Positions 1-8,317 of a stretch of DNA of 43,420 nt are shown one piece after another. The DNA comes from an uncultured Bacteroidales bacterium (GTDB taxonomy: Bacteria > Bacteroidota > Bacteroidia > Bacteroidales > Paludibacteraceae): assembly GCA_902785805.1 (NCBI GenBank), contig CADAAF010000010.1, forward strand, positions 1 to 43,420, written 5' to 3'. The stretch's first letter is position 1. The number at the start of each line of letters is the position of its first letter. The notes below the pieces were generated by a model. That model made no database searches, was not told where the DNA came from, and was given only the letters and a program-made list of their open reading frames with translations. The position numbers and the translations under genes are program-made.

Positions 1-1628
1 CGGCAGTCAAGACCTATGACGGCTTTATCACGCCTGCAACGCAGACGGTTCGGATTGGTGAAACAACGGAGGTAACGTATAACTACGTCCGTCGCACTTA
101 TACCATTACCTTGGATGCGGCGACCAACGGTGGAACTTGCGCGACTGCTTCGTTGAATGTGAAACATGGTGCTACGCCTGAACTACCGGTTGCATCGAAA
201 GCAGGCTACTCCTTCGACGGCTGGTTTACGAAGACTGTTGGTGGTGATAAGATTACAAACGAGACCGTCATCCAACGTAATATCGGTACGCTCTATGCGC
301 AGTTCGTTGATGCCAGCCTGATTGTATCGACCCCGATGACCATATCTGATACTCGTACCGTTACTGACCTGCGTGTGACAACGACCGGCAGACTGACCAT
401 CACAGGCGATGTAACAGCGAATAACTTCATTTTGGAATCGAACGGTTCTACCGCTTCAGGTCAGTTATTAGACGGCGATGAGAACTTGCATTATACGAAT
501 GCGTACTTCGATCTCAAGATTAACGCGAAGAACCACCAGTGGTATGCTGTGGCTGTGCCTTGGAATGTAGATGCAACCAACGGTATCTCTGTCAACGGTC
601 GCACGCTGACGCTGGGTACGGACTTCGATATCGTCTATTACGATGGAGACCGTCGTGCATCGGAAGGCAAGCAGAAATGCTGGAGTTACGTAGAAGACGA
701 TGGAGACAAGACCCTCGTTCCGGGACGCTTGTACATGATTGGTCTGATGAGCGATGCAGCAACCATTCGCTTTGAGAAGAAAGATGGTGCGGCACTGCTG
801 ACCACTACGACATCTGTAGCGGCTCATCCGCAAACGACAGGTTCTGCCACGGATGCCGGCTGGAACGGTGTAGCTAACCCCGCACTCTTCCATGCCTTCG
901 TCAATCCGGGCGTAACCGAAGGACAGATTTATGTGCCGGACCAGAAGCGTTATGAAACAACAACGCTGAACACCTCAAGATTCGTGGTAGGTGAAGGTGC
1001 ATTTGTTCAGGTCAATGCCGGTAAGAGCATTACAGTTGCCCCCAACGTTGCCTTTATTGCTCCTCGTCGTTCACACGAGCAGGCTGAACTTGTTTGTGAC
1101 GTGCGTATAGCGTCGGCTGAAGCTGAGTACACCGACCGCTTGTTCATCAAGACCACTGAAAGTCGAGAAGATACCTATACCATCGGCAAGGACCTTGCCA
1201 AAGTAGGTGTCAGCAAACTGGTAGCCCAGATGTGGATTGACCGTTATGACGAGAAACTATGTGTCAATACCGCCGAACTGGTCAACGAGACAGCGACTTA
1301 TCCGTTGGGTATCTCTGTACCGGCGGCAGGAGACTATACAATCAGTATTCAGAAGTCAGACATCAGTGATCAGTATGCTGTATATTTAACCATGAACGGT
1401 GAGGCTATTGGAAACATAAGCGAGGAAGACTACACGTTGACACTTGACAAGGGTGAGACGAATGTGTACGGTTTGCGTATCGTAGTCAAGGCTCCGGGTG
1501 TGGTTACAGGCACAGACGAGGCAATCGTAGATGCACAAGGCGATACCCGCAAAGTGATAATCGATAACCATGTATTCATCATTCGTGGTGAACAGGTTTA
1601 CACCATTGAAGGTCAAAAGATAAAGTAA
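1..1628 (+). CDS. Cell-surface protein with a Listeria-Bacteroides (Flg_new-type) repeat, 5'-truncated by the window edge
   Basis: Frame 3 is open from nt 3 with no stop before the TTG at 111 used by the ORF track, so the gene enters from upstream. GYSFDGWFTKTVGGDKITNETV matches the Listeria-Bacteroides repeat. The beta-rich C-terminal module (AGWNGVANP..., GDYTISIQ..., YTLTLDKGETNVYGLRIV) parallels the pre-CTD module of the giant protein at 28008..36650. It ends in a 27-aa tail shared with the next gene. Confidence 0.7.
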   Translation, partial: AVKTYDGFITPATQTVRIGETTEVTYNYVRRTYTITLDAATNGGTCATASLNVKHGATPELPVASKAGYSFDGWFTKTVGGDKITNETVIQRNIGTLYAQFVDASLIVSTPMTISDTRTVTDLRVTTTGRLTITGDVTANNFILESNGSTASGQLLDGDENLHYTNAYFDLKINAKNHQWYAVAVPWNVDATNGISVNGRTLTLGTDFDIVYYDGDRRASEGKQKCWSYVEDDGDKTLVPGRLYMIGLMSDAATIRFEKKDGAALLTTTTSVAAHPQTTGSATDAGWNGVANPALFHAFVNPGVTEGQIYVPDQKRYETTTLNTSRFVVGEGAFVQVNAGKSITVAPNVAFIAPRRSHEQAELVCDVRIASAEAEYTDRLFIKTTESREDTYTIGKDLAKVGVSKLVAQMWIDRYDEKLCVNTAELVNETATYPLGISVPAAGDYTISIQKSDISDQYAVYLTMNGEAIGNISEEDYTLTLDKGETNVYGLRIVVKAPGVVTGTDEAIVDAQGDTRKVIIDNHVFIIRGEQVYTIEGQKIK

Positions 1629-1648
1629 AGTGTAGAAAGGAAATAGCT

Positions 1649-1780
1649 ATGAAAAAGAAAACATATAGCATCCCGGAGATTGAAGAAGTCGCCATAAAGG
1701 GAATATGCGACGTTATGAAGACCAGTATTGACCTGTTGCAGGATATGGCTCCCCGCCGGCGATTGAAGGAATATCTTTAA
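1649..1780 (+). CDS. Candidate 43-aa small protein (below the ORF-track length cutoff)
   Basis: ATG at 1649 and TAA at 1778..1780. Translation is MKKKTYSIPEIEEVAIKGICDVMKTSIDLLQDMAPRRRLKEYL. It starts 20 nt after the upstream stop and ends 11 nt before the downstream ATG at 1792, nearly filling the gap. I recognise no family, and coding status is unproven. Confidence 0.3.
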   Translation: MKKKTYSIPEIEEVAIKGICDVMKTSIDLLQDMAPRRRLKEYL

Positions 1781-1791
1781 TTGTGAAGTAT

Positions 1792-4252
1792 ATGAGAAGG
1801 TTCGCGTTATCTTTATTAGTGATGTGCGTGCAGATATGCGTATGTGTATCTGCACGCGCACAAGCTGGTTCGTCATGCACGAGTCCGATTCCGTTCGGCA
1901 AGAATTATAGTGCCACTATATCGGGACCTTGCGCTGTCTGGTATATGGGCAACACCTTCGACTTGCCGCTGACGGTCAAGTTCTATCCTGAAAACAATTC
2001 GGATAAAGCACCGGAACTCAAACTGGATCTGACTTGTACGCCGGGAGTGTATGAGGATGAGATTGCGTGCAAACTCTTCTGTCATAATCAGAGTGCATAT
2101 ATCCCGTTGCCGTATCGGATTACGCCTGACGGCAAGACCGACTCTGAAGGACACATGTATTACGAGTTGGAGTTGGGTGAGTTCTATCGTGATCAGTTGT
2201 TGAGAGCAGGTATCAGTTATAATATTCAGGTTTATGTGGAGGTGACATACTTCGGAGGAGGTAGTATCAACGTTGCTCCTGATAAACTCTCGCAGTGTAT
2301 GGATACTGACAAATGGTTGCTCTTGGGCGTAACACGCACCGTGGAGGCCAATGACAACGAGACATATTTTGTGGCCCCCTATGCCAGTTGGACCAATGAC
2401 TCCATACGATATGTGTGGAGCGGTACACAACCGGCTACAATCGCTATCGGTACTACTTGCGGTTTTGACCCGATGGACGAATCGGATCCCCACCGCTTGG
2501 AGGTAATGGAGATGGACGCGCAGGACACCGTGAAGCACTCGAATGCCAAAATCCTGAACATGCAGTCCTATGCGTTAAATACGACCAATCCCGCCCCGGG
2601 AGCGATGTTCTATGTCAAAGCGGTGAGTGATGCACCGGGTACATTGAAAGTGGAGCATATCCCGGCAGCCGAATTGAATGTCGAAGCGGAAGAACTCGTA
2701 TATGACCAGGCTGCGAATGTACGGGCGAACGATATCAACGCCCTCTATGCGATTCCTAAGTCTTGGACTTCTGCTACACGCTTCTATACCCCGACCGATC
2801 GAATATTCAAGATGTATATCGGCACTACGCCTGAATTCGGCAAACAGGATGCAATCGCTACGTATCAGTTCAATAAAAGCGAAGACGGACACTGGATCGG
2901 ACTCACAGAAGCGGACATGACGGCATTACGGAATCAGGCAACCGACAAGTACCTCTATGTGCGGTTCGAATGTTCCGACAACACTACCGTCACGCCAAGT
3001 ACGTGGACTGTTTCGGATTGTATCGGGGGAAGTACGCCGCTTGAAAAGAATACCACAATCGCAGTGGGAGCCAGATCGAAAGTAAAATACCGTATCTATT
3101 ACAATGACTGGAAAGACGGTAATATCACCTTTACTTGGGGTAAAACTTCTTTATGCAAAGTTTTGATATCCGGGAGTTGCGATATAGGAACCGGTAACGG
3201 AGAAGGAATCATCGCTTATGACGAACTCAAAGAAGGGCATCAGTCGTTCCAGCTCACTGACAAAGAGGTGGGCAATTGGGCTTCGTCCGTGGATGCTGAC
3301 GGCTATATCTATATGCGTTTCTATACCACCGCTTCCGGCGGAGGACAGATGACCGTTACTTCTACCGCACCGGTCATTGAATGCGGCACCATCGAAACCA
3401 CCGACGGCGCCACCGTCTGGGAGGACGACCTGCCCTACTCGTGGGAAGACAAGACCTTCACCGAAGCGGGTACACAGACCACCACCCTGAAGAATATGGA
3501 CGGCTGCGACTCCGTTGTCACCTTTACCCTCCGTGTTCGCTACCACAAAATCGTCTTGCAGGAGAACGAGATCAGCGAGTACTATGACTTCTTCGCAGAA
3601 GACTACAATGGTTATACTCTCACCACAGCCACGCTCAACCGCCAGTTCACACAGGGCAGATGGGCGACGCTCTGTCTGCCGTTCAACGTCAGCAAAGGCA
3701 TGATGATGGCTATCGGTCTGAACAACCGTGTCTATGAGTTCCGCTATGCGGAAACGAAAGGCACTGAAATGACCGTTTATTTCGCTATGGCGCAGTCCAT
3801 TGTGGCAGGCAAGGGCTATATCGTCAATGCCAACGCCAAGTTGGCGCAGAAGACCTCGTTTGTCTTCCCGAACGTGACCATCAACACCGAACGATGGTAC
3901 AGGACGTGGCAACCTCTTCTTGGTAGGCACTCTCCGCACAGGCATCTTGCAAGGCTCTACCACCGGCAATACCTACCTCGGCTTGAAGGACAACCAACTC
4001 TATTACCCGAACACCACCACCGGCACATCCATCTGTGCTTATCGCGGTTTCTTCCGCAGTGAAGTACCTCTGAACGCCCGGCGCATCCGCATCGTGGCGG
4101 AGGGAGTAGATAATGAAGAGTTGGAGGTTGTCAACGGCGAGTTGCAGGAGGACCTGTATATTCAGGATGTCCGTAAGTACATCTCCAACGGCGTTCTCTA
4201 CATCTACCGCAACGGCATCCGCTACACCGCCCAAGGCCAGCGTCTCGACTAA
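1792..4252 (+). pseudogene. Secreted surface protein interrupted by a +1 frameshift near 3878..3895 (pseudogene or sequencing error)
   Basis: ATG at 1792 gives the signal peptide MRRFALSLLVMCVQICVCVSARAQA. Frame 1 reads sensibly to ...FVFPNVTINTE, then decays into His/Arg/Pro-rich nonsense up to the stop at 4062. Frame 2 is open from 3878 and reads ...NDGTGRGNLFLVGTLRTGILQGSTTGNTYLGLKDNQLYYPNTTTGTSICAYRGFF... to a conserved tail ending at 4252. ORF-track entries 1783..4062 and 3920..4252 are therefore one gene. Confidence 0.7.
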
Positions 4253-4282
4253 AAAGGAAAAGAAAGAAAAAAAATGTTGTCC

Positions 4283-4364
4283 AATTGTCGATAATTGTTG
4301 ACCAACAGAAGAAGTAAAAGAAACGGAAAAAATTGTTGGCTAATTGTCGATAATTTTTGACCAA
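4283..4364 (+). repeat. Two direct copies of a 23-nt element, AATTGTCGATAATT(G/T)TTGACCAA, 59 nt apart
   Basis: Copy 1 is at 4283..4305 and copy 2 at 4342..4364, with one mismatch. Each contains TGTCGATAA, whose reverse complement TTATCGACA is one mismatch from the DnaA-box consensus TTATNCACA. An A-rich tract (4251..4275) precedes the pair and a terminator hairpin follows it. Confidence 0.85.
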
Positions 4365-4376
4365 TTTAAGCCCCGC

Positions 4377-4417
4377 AATCACATACCGGCATCCTTGTCG
4401 GTATGTGATTTTATTTG
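4377..4417 (+). terminator. Rho-independent terminator for the upstream surface-protein gene
   Basis: Perfect 12-bp stem AATCACATACCG (4377..4388) / CGGTATGTGATT (4399..4410) with a 10-nt loop, followed by TTATTTG. Confidence 0.7.
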
Positions 4418-4850
4418 TCACGTGCGCCGTGCGTCAGCGCGGCGTTTGTTGTTCCCCTTGATATCGTTTGTTGTCTCCTCCCATTGCGGCGAGTGTTTTT
4501 ATTCCGTTCAAATACCATTTGAGCACGGCTCCCTCGGAGCCGTCCGTAAAGGAAAGAGATTAGGCTTCGTCCGTTTTGCCGAATACTATTCGGCATCTTC
4601 TCCTTTCTCTTTGCACAATATTTGCCTGTAAGTCTCTTTATTTCCCTCGAAGTCCCTCTATTTCCCAACCCGCCATCCCTCCGCATCGTATCTTTGCATG
4701 CGAAAAAACAGACAGTAAACTGAAATTGCATGAGTAAACTGAAAATAAACTGAAAGCGCGTTTCCCCGCTATCGTATCTTTGCGCAAAATTTCAAATTCC
4801 TGGAATGCCGCCTCCCTTTTTGTGCCTTATATACGGAGGGGCATAAGGAA

Positions 4851-6215
4851 TTATTGACGAAGAGTCTGCTCAAGCAGTTCGGCGTCGTGGCGAAGTACGC
4901 TGTCGTACTCCATTTGGCTGCTCATCGTATTGAGAGCATGCAGGACGGTTGCATGGGTACGCTTGACAGACTTGCCTATCTCGGTTAGCGATTGGTCGGT
5001 AAGACGCTTCGCAAGGTGAATAATGAGTTGGCGGGCACGTACCACTTCTTTTTGGCGGGATTGACCCAACACGGCTTTCTCTGTCACATCAGAATGTTCG
5101 CATACGGTGCCGATAATATCCTCCATCCGTATCTGCTTGGTCTCCACCTCAACTATTTGGTTCAGCACTTGCTGCACCAGTTGCTTGTTAATATCCACGT
5201 TGAGCAGGGTGGAGTGAGCTACTAAAGAAGCCAGTACACCTTCTATGTCGCGAACGTTCTGACACGCGTTTTGCGCTATATAGTCCACTATCTCATCGGT
5301 GAGTTGGATACCGTTGCAGTGCATCTTGTAGCGCAGTATATCGCGACGCAATTCATAGTCGGGACGTTTGATTTCGGCTGGCAGACCCCACTTGAAACGC
5401 GTCAGAAGACGCTCCTGAACATCGTGTATCTGCAAGGGAGTGCGGTCGGATGTCAAAACGAGCTGCTTGTGCGACTGGATAAGGTATTCAAAGATGTGGA
5501 AGAAAGTGTCTTGAGTGCCTTTCAAACCGCTGAAGAACTGGATATCGTCCATTATAAGTACGTCCACGCTCTGATAGAAATACAGAAAATCGGGAATATT
5601 CTTCTGGATGGCAGCCTGTTGGTATTGCAGTTTGAAGGTGTTGGCGCTTACATATAGTACGCGCATACCGGGATTGAGAGCCGTTATCTCGTTGCCGATA
5701 GCGTTGGCAAGATGTGTTTTTCCCACGCCGCTGCCGCCATAGATAAAGAACGGATTGAATGCCGTACGACCGGGGTCTTTGGCTATGGCAATGGCTGCTG
5801 TTCGTGCCAAACGGTTACTCTCGCCCGCTATGAACGAATCTAAGGTGTGCTGCCGGTTGAGTTGGGAATCCCATTGGGCCTCAGTAGGCTGACCCATTGA
5901 AGCAACAGGTGACTGCGGACGGGTCGTGGAGGGATACGTTACGCCGGCACCGGATGCCGAGTCTATCAGAACACGGTATTCAAGACGTGTCTTCTCGCCG
6001 AACACGCGACGGATAGCGCGGCTCAACAGGTCAATATAGTTGTCTTCTATGTATTCAACTACAAACTGGCTCTTGACCCGCAGCACAAGTACCTCGTTCG
6101 AATAGTCTATCACCTCCAACGGAGCAAACCACGTGTTGAACGCGATAGATGATATATTGGGGCGCAGCAAGTCTATGCATTGCTGCCATAATATATGTGG
6201 GTCGGTTAGAGACAT
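4851..6215 (-). CDS. dnaA: Chromosomal replication initiator DnaA
   Basis: Walker A GGSGVGKTHL and Walker B LIMDDIQF are present, with a C-terminal DNA-binding region (...KRTHATVLHALNT...). The start is placed at ATG 6215 (MSLTDPHILWQQC...) because the TTG at 6248 used by the ORF track overlaps the predicted -7 promoter box. Confidence 0.95.
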   Translation of the reverse strand: MSLTDPHILWQQCIDLLRPNISSIAFNTWFAPLEVIDYSNEVLVLRVKSQFVVEYIEDNYIDLLSRAIRRVFGEKTRLEYRVLIDSASGAGVTYPSTTRPQSPVASMGQPTEAQWDSQLNRQHTLDSFIAGESNRLARTAAIAIAKDPGRTAFNPFFIYGGSGVGKTHLANAIGNEITALNPGMRVLYVSANTFKLQYQQAAIQKNIPDFLYFYQSVDVLIMDDIQFFSGLKGTQDTFFHIFEYLIQSHKQLVLTSDRTPLQIHDVQERLLTRFKWGLPAEIKRPDYELRRDILRYKMHCNGIQLTDEIVDYIAQNACQNVRDIEGVLASLVAHSTLLNVDINKQLVQQVLNQIVEVETKQIRMEDIIGTVCEHSDVTEKAVLGQSRQKEVVRARQLIIHLAKRLTDQSLTEIGKSVKRTHATVLHALNTMSSQMEYDSVLRHDAELLEQTLRQ

Positions 6216-6245
6216 TTTTAGCGGTTCGTATCCAAAAAACGGGTG

Positions 6246-6277
6246 CAAAAGTAGTCGTTTCCTACCAACTGACCAAA
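6246..6277 (-). promoter_or_regulatory. Bacteroides-type promoter for dnaA (-33 TTTG / -7 TACTTTTG)
   Basis: On the minus strand, TTTG (plus 6274..6277) and TACTTTTG (plus 6246..6253) are separated by exactly 20 nt. The pair lies about 30 nt upstream of ATG 6215. Confidence 0.55.
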
Positions 6278-6555
6278 TTATACATACACAACAGAATTTA
6301 GCAGAAAATGTAGTCCGTACATTTACAACTGATTAAAGATAAACATTTGATTATGTGCAAAAAAACAAACTTATCAACATTTAAGTGCTTGATTTCCATA
6401 TACTGCAAATCAAGTGTTCCACATGCGGAAATAGAACATAAAGTAGCTAAAAACCCTACAAAGTTAGGGCTTTCGGCAAAAAACGGAATGTGGAGCAATA
6501 TTTAGATGAAATCTATTTCTACTTTGACCTCTTTGATAATTTTCTCTACGTAACA

Positions 6556-6587
6556 TTTGCCCGAAAAAAGGTTTGGTTGTATCTTTG
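6556..6587 (+). promoter_or_regulatory. Bacteroides-type promoter for the methyltransferase gene
   Basis: TTTG at 6556..6559 and TATCTTTG at 6580..6587 with a 20-nt spacer, 18 nt upstream of ATG 6606. Confidence 0.55.
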
Positions 6588-6605
6588 CCGCGATTTATAC
6601 AGATT

Positions 6606-7427
6606 ATGCGTTTTCAGCAAGCAGCATATAGAGCCGCCGCTTTTCTGCGACATCAACTCACCGCTTGGAACACCGGCGGCGAAGGCATACATTCGCCATA
6701 CTTGTTCTATTTTGTCAGACATTGTCTATACGACCAAAACCAATACTACGCCTTCTCGCATATAGAAAAACAAAGAGCAGCACTCTTGCAAAATACAAAA
6801 ACACTGACTATAACCGACTACGGGACTGGCAAGAACAATACTTTGCGACAAATAAAAACAATTGCAGCCACCTCGCTCGAAAAACCCGGAAACGCACAAA
6901 TACTGTTCAGACTCGTGCAATTCCTTTCTGACCGGCAATGGAATGATAATAAACAACAGCCCCTTAATATACTGGAATTGGGCACTTCGCTCGGTATTAC
7001 AACTGCCTACCTTGCTGCACCTTCTTCAACCAACAATGTGGTCACGCTTGAAGGAAGTAACGAATTACTGCAAGTAGCCGCATCAGTATGGAAAACATTA
7101 AACATCAATAATATCAAAGCGGTGTGCGGCAATATCGACACTACACTCTCACCTGCCTTGCAATCGCTTCGTCACTTGGACCTCACCTACATAGATGCTA
7201 ATCATACCTATGAAGCAACAATGCGGTATTGGCAGGCAATGATGCCGTTCATAACCAGAAAATCCGTCATCGTCGTCGATGACATCCACTGGAGCAAAGA
7301 AATGCAACAAGCTTGGCTCACTATCCAAAAACAGCCGCAAGTAACCTCCACTTTTGACCTCTTCAATATGGGACTCGTTTTCTTTGACCCCGCATACTTG
7401 CACAAACACTATAAACTGAGAATTTAG
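6606..7427 (+). CDS. Class I SAM-dependent methyltransferase
   Basis: SAM-binding motif LNILELGTSLGITTAYLA, followed by VVTLEGS and IVVDDIHW. The start is moved to ATG 6606 (MRFQQAAY...) because the promoter lies inside the TTG-initiated ORF-track extension from 6573. Confidence 0.75.
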   Translation: MRFQQAAYRAAAFLRHQLTAWNTGGEGIHSPYLFYFVRHCLYDQNQYYAFSHIEKQRAALLQNTKTLTITDYGTGKNNTLRQIKTIAATSLEKPGNAQILFRLVQFLSDRQWNDNKQQPLNILELGTSLGITTAYLAAPSSTNNVVTLEGSNELLQVAASVWKTLNINNIKAVCGNIDTTLSPALQSLRHLDLTYIDANHTYEATMRYWQAMMPFITRKSVIVVDDIHWSKEMQQAWLTIQKQPQVTSTFDLFNMGLVFFDPAYLHKHYKLRI

Positions 7428-7475
7428 CATCCGAAAAGACAACAGAACCGATATAGCACTTAATACCATAAACAA

Positions 7476-8024
7476 ATGAAGATTTACACCAAAACAGGAG
7501 ACAAAGGACAAACCTCCCTTGCAAGCGGAAAAAGAGTTAAAAAAACAGACTTGCGACTCGAGTGTTACGGAACGGCGGACGAACTCAATAGCTGGGTGGG
7601 ACTCTTGCGCGCGCGTACTAATGAGGACTATCAGGAACAGCTTGGAAGAATACAAAACCTGCTCTTCAATCTCGGGGCTTTTTTGGCAGACGCACAAGGA
7701 GACGACTGGATTACACCCCAAGACGTAACAGACCTCGAACTATGGATTGACCAAATGCAGGAACAACTGGAACCGCTCCGTGCCTTCATCCTGCCGGGAG
7801 GAAGCGAAACAGTCGCCACCTGCCATCTCTGCCGCACAGTTACAAGAAGACTCGAAAGACAAATGGTCGCTCTATACGATAACGACAACAACGACGGCAA
7901 CAGCAATGACAAAGAAAGTGATGTCTGCCTCCAATGGGTCAATAGACTAAGTGATTTTTGGTTCATTTTGGCACGAAAAATAGCCAATGACGATAAAATT
8001 TCAATTTTTTTGTGGAAAAAATAA
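7476..8024 (+). CDS. ATP:cob(I)alamin adenosyltransferase, PduO type
   Basis: The N-terminus MKIYTKTGDKGQTSLASGKRVKKTDLRLECYGTADELNSWVGLL is the characteristic PduO/MMAB-type signature. Confidence 0.85.
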   Translation: MKIYTKTGDKGQTSLASGKRVKKTDLRLECYGTADELNSWVGLLRARTNEDYQEQLGRIQNLLFNLGAFLADAQGDDWITPQDVTDLELWIDQMQEQLEPLRAFILPGGSETVATCHLCRTVTRRLERQMVALYDNDNNDGNSNDKESDVCLQWVNRLSDFWFILARKIANDDKISIFLWKK

Positions 8025-8031
8025 CAAATCA

Positions 8032-8063
8032 TTTGTTCGTCCGAAATCTTTGCCATACTTTTG
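8032..8063 (+). promoter_or_regulatory. Bacteroides-type promoter upstream of DUF2795 and the por operon
   Basis: TTTG at 8032..8035 and TACTTTTG at 8056..8063 with a 20-nt spacer, 24 nt upstream of ATG 8088. Confidence 0.5.
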
Positions 8064-8087
8064 CGCGCTAATTTGAGAGAGTAAACT

Positions 8088-8309
8088 ATGTATTGGACAC
8101 TGGAACTGGCATCTAAATTAGAAGACGCGCCTTGGCCGGCTACCAAGGCGGAATTGTTGGACTATGCAAATCGTACAGGCGCTCCTATGGAGGTCATCGA
8201 AAACCTTCAAGAACTTGAAGAAGAGGAAGAAGCATACGACAGCATAGAGGACGTATGGCCCGATTATCCAACCAAAGAAGACTTCTTCTTTAACGAAGAT
8301 GAGTATTAA
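8088..8309 (+). CDS. DUF2795-family small acidic protein
   Basis: LEDAPWPATKAELLDYANRTGAPMEVIENLQEL matches the DUF2795 pattern (FPatK.eLi.yA...gAp.ev...l). Confidence 0.65.
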   Translation: MYWTLELASKLEDAPWPATKAELLDYANRTGAPMEVIENLQELEEEEEAYDSIEDVWPDYPTKEDFFFNEDEY

Positions 8310-8317
8310 GCCGAACC

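Noticed and set aside
4344-4731. Two overlapping ORF-track entries (95 aa on plus, 106 aa on minus) in the region 3' of dnaA.
   Set aside because: The translations are basic, low-complexity sequence with no motifs. The plus-strand ORF begins before and reads through the terminator hairpin at 4377..4417. The region is treated as non-coding and reported as an unexplained region instead.
6573-6605. N-terminal extensions suggested by the ORF track for several genes: 6573 methyltransferase, 6248 dnaA, 9359 porK, 15623 uppP, 16327 truB, 36839 topA, 40622 lptF/G-like and 1783 surface protein.
   Set aside because: The extensions start at non-ATG codons and/or overlap predicted promoters or the preceding gene. 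Internal ATGs give the canonical family N-termini or proper signal or lipoprotein peptides.
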